Notes: generated from the letters alone by a model not told the origin. A DNA stretch of 64,000 nucleotides from an uncultured delta proteobacterium (GCA_963706575.1 CAVPNL010000003.1:160001-224000), one strand, 5' to 3'. Shown: positions 10,091-20,075, counted from the first letter of the stretch. Made by a program: numbers and translations.

Positions 10091-11494
10091 ATGGGAGGAT
10101 TGTTTGGCTGTGTATCTAAAAATGACTGCCTGGATGATCTTTTTTACGGCACCGATTATCATTCTCACCTGGGGACCAAACGCGGGGGGCTGGCGGTGCA
10201 AAATTCAAATGATTTTTCCCGGTCGATCCACAACATCGAAAACGATTATTTTAGATCCAAGTTCGAAGCCGATCTTCCAAAACTGCACGGGCACAAAGGT
10301 ATTGGCATCATCAGCGATCATGACCCGCAGCCACTGATTATCGGTTCCCACCTGGGGACTTTCGCCATCGTGACGGTCAGCAAAATCAACAATATCGAAG
10401 AACTAGCAGCCAAAGCATTCAAAAACAAGCACCATTTTTCAGAAATGAGCGGCGGCGAAACGAGTCCGACCGAACTGGTGGCCATGTTGATCTGTGAAAA
10501 AGAATCCTTCGAAGCGGGCATCCAGTATGCCCAGGAGAGCGTCAAAGGCTCCTGTTCAATGCTCCTGCTCACGGAAAATGGGATTTATGCGGCGCGGGAT
10601 AAACTGGGCCGGACACCGGTTGTTATCGGCAAAAAGGACGGGGCATATGCCGCCGCGTCGGAATCTTGCGCCTTTCCCAATTTAGGTTATGAAATTGAAA
10701 AATACCTGGGCCCCGGCGAAATTGTTTTAATATCGGCCGACAGTTGCGAACAAAGAAAACCGCCGCAAGAACAAATGCAGGTATGCGCATTTTTGTGGGT
10801 CTATTATGGGTATCCGGCGACCAGTTACGAGGGCATCAACGTGGAAGCCACCCGAAACCAATGCGGCAAGGCACTGGCACAAAACGACAGTGTCGATATC
10901 GACTTTGTCGCCGGTATTCCGGATTCCGGTATCGGGCACGCCATCGGATATGCAAACGAGAAGAATATCCCCTATATCAGGCCCTTTGTTAAATACACAC
11001 CGACCTGGCCCCGAAGTTTTATGCCCCAGATCCAGAGTACAAGGGACCTTGTGGCGAAAATGAAACTCATTCCGGTAAAGGAGTTGATCGAGGGCAAAAG
11101 AATCCTTTTTTGCGAGGACTCAATCGTACGCGGCACGCAGTTGCAGGACACCATTCAAATTTTATACGAATACGGGGCCAGGGAGGTCCACATGCGACCC
11201 GCCTGCCCGACCCTCATTTATCCCTGCGATTTTTTAAATTTTTCGACTTCACGGTCTACGCTCGATCTGGCCGGCCGCAAAGCCATCTCGCAACTTGAGG
11301 ATTCAGATGATAAGCATTTAGCCGAATATGCAACGGCAGGATCGCAAAAAAACCATGCGATGGTGAATAATATCAAACAACGATTGAAGCTGACTTCATT
11401 ACAGTACCAGAAACTGGAAGATCTGGTTGCTGCAATCGGTTTGCCGAAGGAAAAGCTATGCACCCATTGCTGGGATGGCAGCAGTTACTTCTAG
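10091..11494 (+). CDS. purF: Amidophosphoribosyltransferase, variant lacking N-terminal Cys
   Basis: Ntn domain plus PRTase (GIPDSG, EDSIVRGTQ, EVHMRPACP), Fe-S Cys incl. CTHC; AGGAG RBS before MGGLFG. Confidence 0.9.
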   Translation: MGGLFGCVSKNDCLDDLFYGTDYHSHLGTKRGGLAVQNSNDFSRSIHNIENDYFRSKFEADLPKLHGHKGIGIISDHDPQPLIIGSHLGTFAIVTVSKINNIEELAAKAFKNKHHFSEMSGGETSPTELVAMLICEKESFEAGIQYAQESVKGSCSMLLLTENGIYAARDKLGRTPVVIGKKDGAYAAASESCAFPNLGYEIEKYLGPGEIVLISADSCEQRKPPQEQMQVCAFLWVYYGYPATSYEGINVEATRNQCGKALAQNDSVDIDFVAGIPDSGIGHAIGYANEKNIPYIRPFVKYTPTWPRSFMPQIQSTRDLVAKMKLIPVKELIEGKRILFCEDSIVRGTQLQDTIQILYEYGAREVHMRPACPTLIYPCDFLNFSTSRSTLDLAGRKAISQLEDSDDKHLAEYATAGSQKNHAMVNNIKQRLKLTSLQYQKLEDLVAAIGLPKEKLCTHCWDGSSYF

Positions 11495-12159
11495 TGAAGA
11501 TGCTTTAAGATAACAAGCGATCGCTGCGAATCAATTGAAGGCAGTCTGTATTTTTCGATTTCGAGAGAATATTGATCCCCGAGCGCATTTGCGCGTACCG
11601 CATCCAATTCTTTCGTATCGATCTCCCCTTTCATCGCAATGATCGTCCCGTGCTCTGCCAGCAGCGGCAGCGCACTTTTCACAAACGTCAACAGATCCGA
11701 CAGCGCCCGACTGATAATGATATCAAAGGAAGTCGCATACTCAGGATCTTTCAAGAGGGTTTCAGTGCGCATTTGCCGGGCTTCGATATTCTCAAGACCG
11801 AGGGCCCTGAGCACATGTTTTAAGAAATTGATTTTTTTGCGAACGCCGTCGATCAGGAGGGCGGAGATGGACGGTTTAAAAATCTTGAGGGGTATACCGG
11901 GAAAACCGCCGCCGGAGCCGATATCGAGCAATCTGCCCCTGTCGGGAATGCATCCGGCAGGCGCCAAAGAGTCCAAAAAATGTTTGATAGCGATTTCCCG
12001 GGGATCCGTAACGGCGGTCAGATTAATTTTACGATTCCAGTTGAGCAACTCCGAGGCATAGATGGAAAATGAGGCACTGACACGTTCATCTAATTCGATA
12101 CCCAGTTTTCGAGCACCGTCAATGATGAATCGTTGCCATTCCCTGGAACCAATTTCCAT
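11491..12159 (-). CDS. rsmG: 16S rRNA m7G527 methyltransferase
   Basis: WNRKINLTA, HFLDSL, LDIGSGGGFPGIPL, ISRA, AMKG. Confidence 0.95.
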   Translation of the reverse strand: MEIGSREWQRFIIDGARKLGIELDERVSASFSIYASELLNWNRKINLTAVTDPREIAIKHFLDSLAPAGCIPDRGRLLDIGSGGGFPGIPLKIFKPSISALLIDGVRKKINFLKHVLRALGLENIEARQMRTETLLKDPEYATSFDIIISRALSDLLTFVKSALPLLAEHGTIIAMKGEIDTKELDAVRANALGDQYSLEIEKYRLPSIDSQRSLVILKHLH

Positions 12160-12264
12160 TTCATTCTACATTCCTTGTTCGATATTCGATATTCAACTGG
12201 CCATTAAAGCTGAAACCCAGATTTTGAACTCCTGACACCTGAAACCTGACACCTGTATTCCAAA

Positions 12265-14631
12265 TCAATTGATACAGACCCGCCGCACCTCGGCAATATC
12301 GGTGAGGCCCTTAAAGACTTTCATGATACCATCCTGTCTCAGCGTGGACATACCTTCTTTCATCGCCTGGGCAAAAAGCAATTCCGTATTGGCCTGTTTT
12401 TTGATCATCAATTTGATTTTGGCAGTTCCCTCCATGAGTTCATGAATGCCCATCCGGCCGCGGTAACCGGTATTGGAGCAGGAGTCGCACCCGACAGCCC
12501 GGTGCAGGGTCAGGTCCGGATTATATTCGATGCCGGTTTGCGCCCAGTATTTTTCACCAAAATCCACATAAATCATTTCAAACTCATCTTTGGTCAAGGG
12601 ATATTCTTCCATGCAGTCTTTGCATAAGCGCCGCGTCAGCCGCTGGGCCAGCACACCAAGAAAGGCATCGGAAAAATTAAGTGGATTCAAGCCCATATCC
12701 AGCAGCCGGGTGATGGTTTCCGGCGCACTGTTGGTATGCAGGGTGGAAAATACCAGATGACCGGTCAAAGAAGCCTCAATACCGATAGAGGCGGTTTCCT
12801 CATCCCGCATTTCACCGATCATGATGACATCCGGGTCCGCCCGCAGAAAGGCCCGCATCACTCGCGCAAAATCCAGTCCGATTTTGGGTTTCACCTCCAC
12901 CTGACGCAGCCCGCCCTGGGTGATTTCAATCGGGTCCTCAGCCGTCCAAATCTTAATGCCCGGTTTATTGATGTAACCGAGAATGGCATGCAGGGAAGTT
13001 GTTTTACCCGAACCGGTGGGGCCCACCGCTAAAACGAGGCCGTAAGGTTTGGCGACGATCTTCTTCATTACTTTGGTGTTGCGGTCGGTCATCCCCATAT
13101 CGCCAAGTTCCATCGCACCGGCCGAAGCCAGAATTCGCATGACGACATCTTCGAAGCCACCTTGCGTCGGCAGAGTCGCCACCCGCAGTTCAAAGGTTGG
13201 AACGCCTTTACGTCTGAACTTGATCTTCCCGTCCTGGGGCAGCCGCCGCTCGGCGATATCCAGGTTAGACATGATTTTTACTCTGGAGATAATACCGCGA
13301 ACCATAGAATTGGGAACCTTCATGTATTCCTGGCAGACACCGTCGAGGCGAAAGCGAATCAGGGTCGATTTGGTAATCGGCGACGGCTCGATATGAATAT
13401 CCGACGAATTTTTACGGTAAGCGGCAATGATAACCTGATCAACCAGCTTGACGATTTTACCGGAGGCCTCATCGTAGCCTTCATCTTCTATTTCTTCTTC
13501 TTCCTCCTCTTCAAAGGCGACCTCCGGCATTAAGTCAAAATTTTCCAGGGTTTGCTCAGCTGTATTATCTTCACCCGTCGGCACCCCGCCATCAAAAAAC
13601 TGAGAGATGAATTTCTCAATATCTTCACGGATCGCAACAGTAAAATTAATCCGGCTGGTTTTCATTAAGGCCTTGATATTATCTGTTTTATTCAGATCCC
13701 GCGGATCATCGACCAAAACTTCAACGCCGTCCTTATCCCAGCTCATCGGAACCCAGTATTCGTTGCGCAAAAATGCTTTTTTCAGATTTGAGAGTAACTC
13801 GACCGGGGCTGGAAAGGAGGGATCATAGTCATGAAAGCTGGTGTCATAAAAAAGCGAAAAGGATTTGCCGATGGCTGCCTTGCTGATTTTATTATGTTCA
13901 ATCAGAACAAATTCCACGCTTTTGTTCATCTTTTTGGCAAGCGCAAATGCCTGCTGCAACTCGTCTGTGGTTACCATTTTTTCTCTTAACAGGTAGTCAT
14001 ATTTCGACCCGGTGGTGAATGTGGCCGCAACTGAATCCATTCGCTTTTTGATTTCGGCCTCAGCGGGGTTCAACTGGTGAGCTCTTTTATAGTTTTCAAG
14101 CGCGACTTCACGATGGTCGCGTTTCTCCATTTCCTTGCCGAAAATAAAAAAGATGTTGGCAGCTTCTTTTTCCTTCAGCTTCTGACGGTTAATCAAAACC
14201 TTGAATTCTTCAGACGCCTTGGAAGGGGAGTGCAGTTTTAGCATGCTTTCGCTGATTTCAGGGACGACTTTTTCGACCGGATAATCTTCTTTAAACAATT
14301 TGGCATATTCTGGAATGGCTTCCCCATGCAGCCCCATCTCCTTAAATGCCGAAGCACTATCAAGAATGGCGGGAACATCTCCCTGGTTGGACAGGCGTTC
14401 ACGCAGCATGGAAATATCTTTTGCCGAGAATCCTTTGGGCGTGGTTTCCTCTTCACTGTTAATTTCTTGTTTTAGCAGCCGAATGCGCTTCTCAATCTTT
14501 TCGTGGGTCGGGGCATCCTGAGGAGATACGTTGCCAAGAATTTTTTCGTAAATTTTCAGCGAATCTTCAAATAAGCCCATTGAACGACAAACTTCGGCTT
14601 CATTAATTTTGGATTCGATATCAGTATTCAT
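12265..14631 (-). CDS. PilB/GspE-family ATPase with N-terminal TPR region
   Basis: SDIHIEP, LDIAERRLPQDG, GPTGSGKTT, TAEDPIE, LRADPDVIMIGEMRD, STLHTN, tetra-Cys; first ~200 aa TPR-like. Confidence 0.9.
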   Translation of the reverse strand: MNTDIESKINEAEVCRSMGLFEDSLKIYEKILGNVSPQDAPTHEKIEKRIRLLKQEINSEEETTPKGFSAKDISMLRERLSNQGDVPAILDSASAFKEMGLHGEAIPEYAKLFKEDYPVEKVVPEISESMLKLHSPSKASEEFKVLINRQKLKEKEAANIFFIFGKEMEKRDHREVALENYKRAHQLNPAEAEIKKRMDSVAATFTTGSKYDYLLREKMVTTDELQQAFALAKKMNKSVEFVLIEHNKISKAAIGKSFSLFYDTSFHDYDPSFPAPVELLSNLKKAFLRNEYWVPMSWDKDGVEVLVDDPRDLNKTDNIKALMKTSRINFTVAIREDIEKFISQFFDGGVPTGEDNTAEQTLENFDLMPEVAFEEEEEEEIEDEGYDEASGKIVKLVDQVIIAAYRKNSSDIHIEPSPITKSTLIRFRLDGVCQEYMKVPNSMVRGIISRVKIMSNLDIAERRLPQDGKIKFRRKGVPTFELRVATLPTQGGFEDVVMRILASAGAMELGDMGMTDRNTKVMKKIVAKPYGLVLAVGPTGSGKTTSLHAILGYINKPGIKIWTAEDPIEITQGGLRQVEVKPKIGLDFARVMRAFLRADPDVIMIGEMRDEETASIGIEASLTGHLVFSTLHTNSAPETITRLLDMGLNPLNFSDAFLGVLAQRLTRRLCKDCMEEYPLTKDEFEMIYVDFGEKYWAQTGIEYNPDLTLHRAVGCDSCSNTGYRGRMGIHELMEGTAKIKLMIKKQANTELLFAQAMKEGMSTLRQDGIMKVFKGLTDIAEVRRVCIN

Positions 14632-14692
14632 TTACTTTAGTGTACCTTTCATCTGAAATGTCGTAATTGCGGTGCCTATTTAAAAATTGTCA

Positions 14693-15070
14693 TCATGTTC
14701 GTATTCGGCCGCCCTTTTTTTTAAAAAGCTTTCCAAATTTTTTCCCGGATTTAGATGGCTGCAGCGATGGCAAAATTATGTCGCAGTTTAAACGGATCAT
14801 TGCAATCGGCACAAACAGTGCCATTAAAATAACGATATATCCAATCTCGGTTTTGCGGATATAGATCCGACCTTTTTCAAAAACCAGATCGGTTTCCCGC
14901 ATACCCTCCAGGGAGTCAATAAAAAAACTCCAATCCCGGCCTTCAGGCTCCACATTCACAGAAGATCTGAATTCTTTGAAAATAAGATCCCCTTTAAACG
15001 AGAACAGCATAATCCCGCTTACGCCGTCGGTACACAATATATCATTAAATAGCTCTCGTATACGTTCCAT
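14693..15070 (-). CDS. Roadblock/LC7-like small protein
   Basis: ILCTDGVSGIMLFSFKGDLI start and IAMIRLNCD end resemble the roadblock pattern. Confidence 0.55.
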   Translation of the reverse strand: MERIRELFNDILCTDGVSGIMLFSFKGDLIFKEFRSSVNVEPEGRDWSFFIDSLEGMRETDLVFEKGRIYIRKTEIGYIVILMALFVPIAMIRLNCDIILPSLQPSKSGKKFGKLFKKKGGRIRT

Positions 15071-15099
15071 GCAATTTAGACGATCATTTTGGGTGATAT

Positions 15100-16110
15100 T
15101 TATTCACTGATAACTCGCAGAATTTTATCCCGGGGACACTTGGAATCAACTGTAATTACAGTGGTCTTTCTGCCAGGTATGAGAATGTAATCGTTGCTGT
15201 CGCCTTTATCGATGTATCCGAGCGTAAAATCACCCAGATGGAAGAAATCGCCCGCCTTCGATAGCTGGGCGACCCGGCTGTCCCAGAATTCATCCTGGTA
15301 TAAATCTTCCAGACCGCATTGCGGGCCAATTTCCTGTTCGATTCTCAGTTTGAGCCGCTTCAGCTGATCAGCTGGCTCCTCCCCGCCGGAATCGATTTGC
15401 TCCATGACGCTTTCAGGTACTTCTTCCGGCTCTTCCTCGTCTTTGCGCCGCATGGCTTCCAGAATAAGCGGCTGCAGATCACTTTGAATTTTGTTTTCTT
15501 TTAGGGCACAGCCATTTTGTATGGAAAGATTCACCGCATCCCAGGAAAATATTTCATGGGCCGCTGATTCACCCTGCATGTTGTTTGCCCTGGCGTCCAG
15601 CAATTCACCATCAGAAAAAAACAGAATGCCCTTTTCCCCTCCCGATTTTTTCTCCAGCCGAATCGTGCAGGTTTTCTGCTCCATTTCGATTAACTGCAAA
15701 AACATTCCGGATGAAACATTGTGGAGCGTGCCGCCTTCTGATTCCTTTCTCAAGGTTGTCAAAATCTGGCGGGCAAGATTCTCGATTAAAAAAGGTTTGG
15801 CAATATATCCAACCGCCCCTCCTTTGCGCGCAAGCTGCTCCATTTCAGGTGTACTATAACCCGTAATAATAATGACCGGTATGTCCGGATAATGTTCAAT
15901 GATATGAGCCAGCAGCTCAAATCCGTCCATATTGGGCATCTTTAAATCTGTAACCACCAACGAAATAATATTTTGCTTGAGGCGCGTTAGGGCCTGCAGA
16001 CCGTCTTCTGCCAGTAAAACCGCAAACGACTCCTGATATTTCTTAAAGCCTTCTTTGAGGGCATGTAGCATTTCAGTATCGTCATCGACCAACAGAACAT
16101 TTTTTATCAT
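15100..16110 (-). CDS. Response regulator REC plus PATAN/DUF4388 domain
   Basis: LLVDDD, VTDLKMP, YIAKPF; FLQLIEMEQKTCTI...GILFFSDGELLDA...IFSW. Confidence 0.88.
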   Translation of the reverse strand: MIKNVLLVDDDTEMLHALKEGFKKYQESFAVLLAEDGLQALTRLKQNIISLVVTDLKMPNMDGFELLAHIIEHYPDIPVIIITGYSTPEMEQLARKGGAVGYIAKPFLIENLARQILTTLRKESEGGTLHNVSSGMFLQLIEMEQKTCTIRLEKKSGGEKGILFFSDGELLDARANNMQGESAAHEIFSWDAVNLSIQNGCALKENKIQSDLQPLILEAMRRKDEEEPEEVPESVMEQIDSGGEEPADQLKRLKLRIEQEIGPQCGLEDLYQDEFWDSRVAQLSKAGDFFHLGDFTLGYIDKGDSNDYILIPGRKTTVITVDSKCPRDKILRVISE

Positions 16111-17168
16111 CGGTCTTCCTCACTTTCATGTGACCAGGAGGCTTTTTCGATATCGACGATTTTAATTCCGGCTACATAATCCATTGATTCGTATTTTCTG
16201 ATCCTACCTAATTTATCGGTAATATCATTCATTTTCTTGATCTGATTATGGACTTTGACGATTTTCGGGTAAAACCGGTTATCCTTCTGTAATCCAGATA
16301 AAATTTCATCGATCAGGTTATTGATGATCGTCAGCGGCTGATTCAGTTTATGCGCGACACCGCCCGCCATCTCCAGGACACCCTGAAATTTTTCATTGCC
16401 GGCCTGTTCCTTTTGGCGGGTAATAAGGCGAGAGACGTCTCTGGCAATGCACTTAATGTGATTCGCCCGCCCGTTGTTTTTTATCAAAAATGCCTGGCAT
16501 TTAAGATGGTGCATTTTTGAATTTACGTCCAAAATCGATAGAATGGCTTCATTGCGACCGATTTTGAAAATTTCTGCAAGAAAAATAAGAAACAGGTCAC
16601 GATCGCCGGGAGCCAGAAACTCGGATAGCGGTTTACCCAGCAGCCTTTCTTTAGGTGCGCCGAACAGGCTCTCGGCAGCCGAATTAATATTAATCAGATC
16701 TCCGCGAAGATCGAAAATAATGATGATCGGGCTTAAGTTTTTAACCTGCCCTTCTATCTCGGGCATCTGGGTGTCCGTATCAATGTCGGATGTAATCTCC
16801 TTCAGAACGCCATCCAGATTAATGGCAATACCGTCATCATCCAGGATTGCTTTGGCCGTTATCGCACACCATATCGGTGTACCATCTTTTTTCTTGAGAG
16901 CAACGGGAAGCTCGTTAATACGACCGGTTTTCATAACGGTATGAATTAGATTTCCACGATCTTTCTTATTCAGATAAAATTCTATGACCGGATAGTCGAT
17001 CAGGTCCCAAGCGGAATCAAACCCAAATAAGTCGGCAAAGGCATAATTGCAATAAACGATTTTGCCTTCAATGGTCGTACGGAAGATCGGCGCCGGAAGA
17101 CTATCAAAGAATTCCGCATATCTTCGGGCCGAATAATCTCCGGCATCTATTAAGTTTTCAGCGGCCAT
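16107..17168 (-). CDS. Two PAS domains plus HisKA H-box, no HATPase domain
   Basis: PAS motifs (EGKIVYCNYAFADLFG, LKKKDGTPIW, RGDLININSAAESLFG); AGGVAHKLNQPL; ends ~80 aa after the His. Confidence 0.85.
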   Translation of the reverse strand: MAAENLIDAGDYSARRYAEFFDSLPAPIFRTTIEGKIVYCNYAFADLFGFDSAWDLIDYPVIEFYLNKKDRGNLIHTVMKTGRINELPVALKKKDGTPIWCAITAKAILDDDGIAINLDGVLKEITSDIDTDTQMPEIEGQVKNLSPIIIIFDLRGDLININSAAESLFGAPKERLLGKPLSEFLAPGDRDLFLIFLAEIFKIGRNEAILSILDVNSKMHHLKCQAFLIKNNGRANHIKCIARDVSRLITRQKEQAGNEKFQGVLEMAGGVAHKLNQPLTIINNLIDEILSGLQKDNRFYPKIVKVHNQIKKMNDITDKLGRIRKYESMDYVAGIKIVDIEKASWSHESEEDR

Positions 17169-17181
17169 TGATCCAAACCGT

Positions 17182-17308
17182 GATTTTAGAATTTAGAATT
17201 TGGATTTTGGATTCTAACCAATGGAGTTAACCCTCAGCATTTTCGTCGATCTCGAAATCCAAAATCTAAAATCCGCAATCAAAAATCGATAAACTCCATT
17301 ACTCCAAT
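17182..17308. repeat. Inverted heptamer arrays (TTTAGAA/TTTTGGA)n ... (AAATCCA/AAATCTA)n
   Basis: ttttagaatttagaatttggattttgg versus aaatccaaaatctaaaatccgcaatcaaaaatc; also atggagtt/aactccat pair. Confidence 0.75.
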
Positions 17309-17312
17309 ATTA

Positions 17313-18296
17313 TCAAAATGTTACATCATACACTGCCAATTCATCAGCGTATTCTTCCGACCACGAATCCAAGTTTTCAATCAGGGCGGACTGCAGTCCC
17401 AATTCCCGGGCCATCTCATTTACCACCGCAACGACCCCGTCAACCAGAGCCCGATCACTGACACGGCCTGAAAGCGTAATTTTTTGTTCGGCGTATTCAA
17501 ATTCACCTGCAAACGGATCCAGAAAGGAAAAGCGGTCTGCATTTTCAACAAATTTTTGCTTTAATAGCTTCTGAAAGTCCGCCTTTTTTTTCCTCTTATT
17601 GTGTACCACCTTCTCGAATATGCTTAGCAATGCTTCCATCATCACAATTGCTGCTTGCGGTTTATTCTGCTTTAGCGCAGCCGGTTGACGGTCGGTTTGG
17701 GTATTCTTAAATGGAATTCGGCAAACGTTAAAAATTCCGCCCCGTTCCTTTGTTTTCTGGATAAGCAGGTTTTGATTCTTTTTTGATGGGCTCGGAGTTC
17801 CGTTTCCCCAGGAATAAGAGCCGCCCATGTTTTTTCCGTTTATCAGGAAAATCAGACCGTTTTCCTCGCCACCACCGATGGTAACGTCAATATAACCGGT
17901 CATTTTCTCAGCGCTCATCTTTTTAATCAGACCCTCAAGATCCGTAAATTCGGTACTGAGATTTTTATAGATTTTTTCTGCTGTCGGAATACTGGCCCAG
18001 AAGTAAACTTCTTCAGGGCCAATTTGGTAAATATTGACACTGAAATTATATTCGTCTCCGGCTGCCAGAAGGCGCTCGACCGCGTCATTGCCTGAAATTG
18101 AAATTTCTTTATCCTGGAAAAAACCACTCACCAGTTGGTCTTGATCGAAAAAAATGACACCCTCGGCTGCATGGGACTTAAAATAGATGCCGCCCGAGCC
18201 AATTTCACCCTGAAAATGTTCAAGCAATTTCCTGACGTCTAAATAATAGATATTTAAGTTTTCAAGCACAGGCTGCCGTTTGGGAATAACAACCAT
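17313..18296 (-). CDS. Hypothetical protein with two PATAN/DUF4388-like repeats
   Basis: GSGGIYF..EGVIFFDQDQLV and KMTGYIDV..NGLIFLINGKNM segments. Confidence 0.6.
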   Translation of the reverse strand: MVVIPKRQPVLENLNIYYLDVRKLLEHFQGEIGSGGIYFKSHAAEGVIFFDQDQLVSGFFQDKEISISGNDAVERLLAAGDEYNFSVNIYQIGPEEVYFWASIPTAEKIYKNLSTEFTDLEGLIKKMSAEKMTGYIDVTIGGGEENGLIFLINGKNMGGSYSWGNGTPSPSKKNQNLLIQKTKERGGIFNVCRIPFKNTQTDRQPAALKQNKPQAAIVMMEALLSIFEKVVHNKRKKKADFQKLLKQKFVENADRFSFLDPFAGEFEYAEQKITLSGRVSDRALVDGVVAVVNEMARELGLQSALIENLDSWSEEYADELAVYDVTF

Positions 18297-18396
18297 TTTT
18301 GCCTCTTAATCTGTCTCATTTGCCTACGGGTCGAATGGATGCGACCCGATTTTTATCCACTAAGGAATGAAAAATTATGGCCAATATGCCGCTTTA

Positions 18397-19566
18397 TTAA
18401 CGACTTGACGATCTTCGTCGTCGTAAGCGTTCAATTGACAGGCGGATACTATCCTGCATCCTTGAAATCGCCTCGGCCAGTTCTCCTATTTCATCCCTGG
18501 ATTTGGTTTCAATTTCGATCCCAAGGTCTCCGATACTGATCCGTTCGGCAACATCGGTTAGCGATTTAATTTTTCCGGTGAGGCGATGGCCGTAAATTAA
18601 AACAATAATACCGATTAAAAAAATCGTTCCGCCGAGAATGGCCCAGGTAATCAGCCGTGTTTTTTCAGTGAGAAGACCGGCCCGGGTTTCCATCAGTCTT
18701 ACCGGACCGGTGAATTCATCCAGATAAGTCGTGGCTGCAACCACAAACGGTGTCCCCGCAACCGGTGTGCAGACCATAAATTTTTCGCGGAATTTTCCAT
18801 CCTTATCCTGCCAGGTGTAATAGCCTTGAGATCGTTTTCCACCTTTTACACCGGTGTATATTTTCCAAAAGCCCGGAAAATTCTTTCCCAAAGGTTTTTT
18901 CAGCGTCGACATATCAATAGCGATGATTTTGGGATTCACATGGGCCCATGTGCGCCAGATATTGTCCGGGTCAGGCATCTCATATAATGCCGTATAGCCC
19001 GTTAAGCCGACTTTCTGGACCGCCAGGGTCTTAAACCCCATATCATTCATAAAGTCTTTTTTATTGAGTTCAGGGTGACCCAACAGATACAGCCGGCACT
19101 GAATGGCGACAGCTGTTGAAAGATCCGCGATTTTGTCTTCCGCCATCTGATTAACAATTTTCGTACTTTCATCGGTCAGTAAGACAGCCATTTTGTCGAA
19201 TTGCCATAAATACAACAAGCTGGCACCGATCATGAGGAGCAACGGAAGGCAAAAGAACAGCAAAAGCATTTTGGCGCGCAAATTCATGAACCCGGACTTG
19301 CGAGCCGGCTTCACCGGAATGTGTTCGCCGGCGGAGCGGTCCAGCTTAATTTCGGGACCGGCCGGTGGCGTCCCGGTATCAGCCGACTCATTGGCGGTCT
19401 CGGTAACGGATAAATCGACCGCGGAAGCCGCTGCAGGTGCATCTTGCGGTTTTGAAACCATGATCATGTGTGTACATACACGGCATTTAAACCTTGCGGC
19501 AGCGCCTTTTATTTTCGAAGAATCGATCCGGTATTTTTTTCCGCATTCCTCACAGATGACAATCAT
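18397..19566 (-). CDS. Zinc-ribbon, TM, Cache-like, TM, HAMP sensor with no output domain
   Basis: CEECGKKYRI...CRVC; two TM helices; IKSLTDVAERISIGDL...DEIGELAEAISRM, then stop. Confidence 0.85.
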   Translation of the reverse strand: MIVICEECGKKYRIDSSKIKGAAARFKCRVCTHMIMVSKPQDAPAAASAVDLSVTETANESADTGTPPAGPEIKLDRSAGEHIPVKPARKSGFMNLRAKMLLLFFCLPLLLMIGASLLYLWQFDKMAVLLTDESTKIVNQMAEDKIADLSTAVAIQCRLYLLGHPELNKKDFMNDMGFKTLAVQKVGLTGYTALYEMPDPDNIWRTWAHVNPKIIAIDMSTLKKPLGKNFPGFWKIYTGVKGGKRSQGYYTWQDKDGKFREKFMVCTPVAGTPFVVAATTYLDEFTGPVRLMETRAGLLTEKTRLITWAILGGTIFLIGIIVLIYGHRLTGKIKSLTDVAERISIGDLGIEIETKSRDEIGELAEAISRMQDSIRLSIERLRRRRSSSR

Positions 19567-19595
19567 GGCTGAGCTCCTCTATCATAAATTCTGAA

Positions 19596-20075
19596 TTAAG
19601 CCGGTAGGTAATTTTTTTCACGTATCTTGGTGGCCATCACTTTAAGAAAGACATTCTTTTTTTCTTCACGACGTATCTCCTGGGCCAATCTTTCGATCAA
19701 TTCGGTTACGCGATGGCCGGGAAATCGAGAGAGTTCATAACCCAGATTTTCAACTTCATCTTCTATCAGAACTTGGGCAATAGGGCCAACGGCAAGCGAA
19801 AGATGGACCACCAGATATTCGAAAAAATCTTTGTCCAGCATAATGATCTTTTGGTCCTCTTTTTCAACCAGCCCATTTTGCATGAGTCTGGCAATGATTT
19901 CACGCATTGAGCTCATATTCAATCCGGTTTTTCGGGCCACGGTACCCAGCGGAGCCTTACCGTCCAACTCCATAAAAACGGAAAGCATTTGATGGTCAAG
20001 CGGAAATTCTCCAATGTCTTGCCGGACGACACGCTTAAAAACCATAGCGGATAATTCGCTCGACGAAAAATCCAT
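19596..20075 (-). CDS. Hypothetical protein: winged-helix-like N-terminus plus helical C-terminal domain
   Basis: LDGKAPLGTVARKTGL...IIARLMQNGLVE; LSLAVGPIAQVLIED. Confidence 0.7.
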   Translation of the reverse strand: MDFSSSELSAMVFKRVVRQDIGEFPLDHQMLSVFMELDGKAPLGTVARKTGLNMSSMREIIARLMQNGLVEKEDQKIIMLDKDFFEYLVVHLSLAVGPIAQVLIEDEVENLGYELSRFPGHRVTELIERLAQEIRREEKKNVFLKVMATKIREKNYLPA

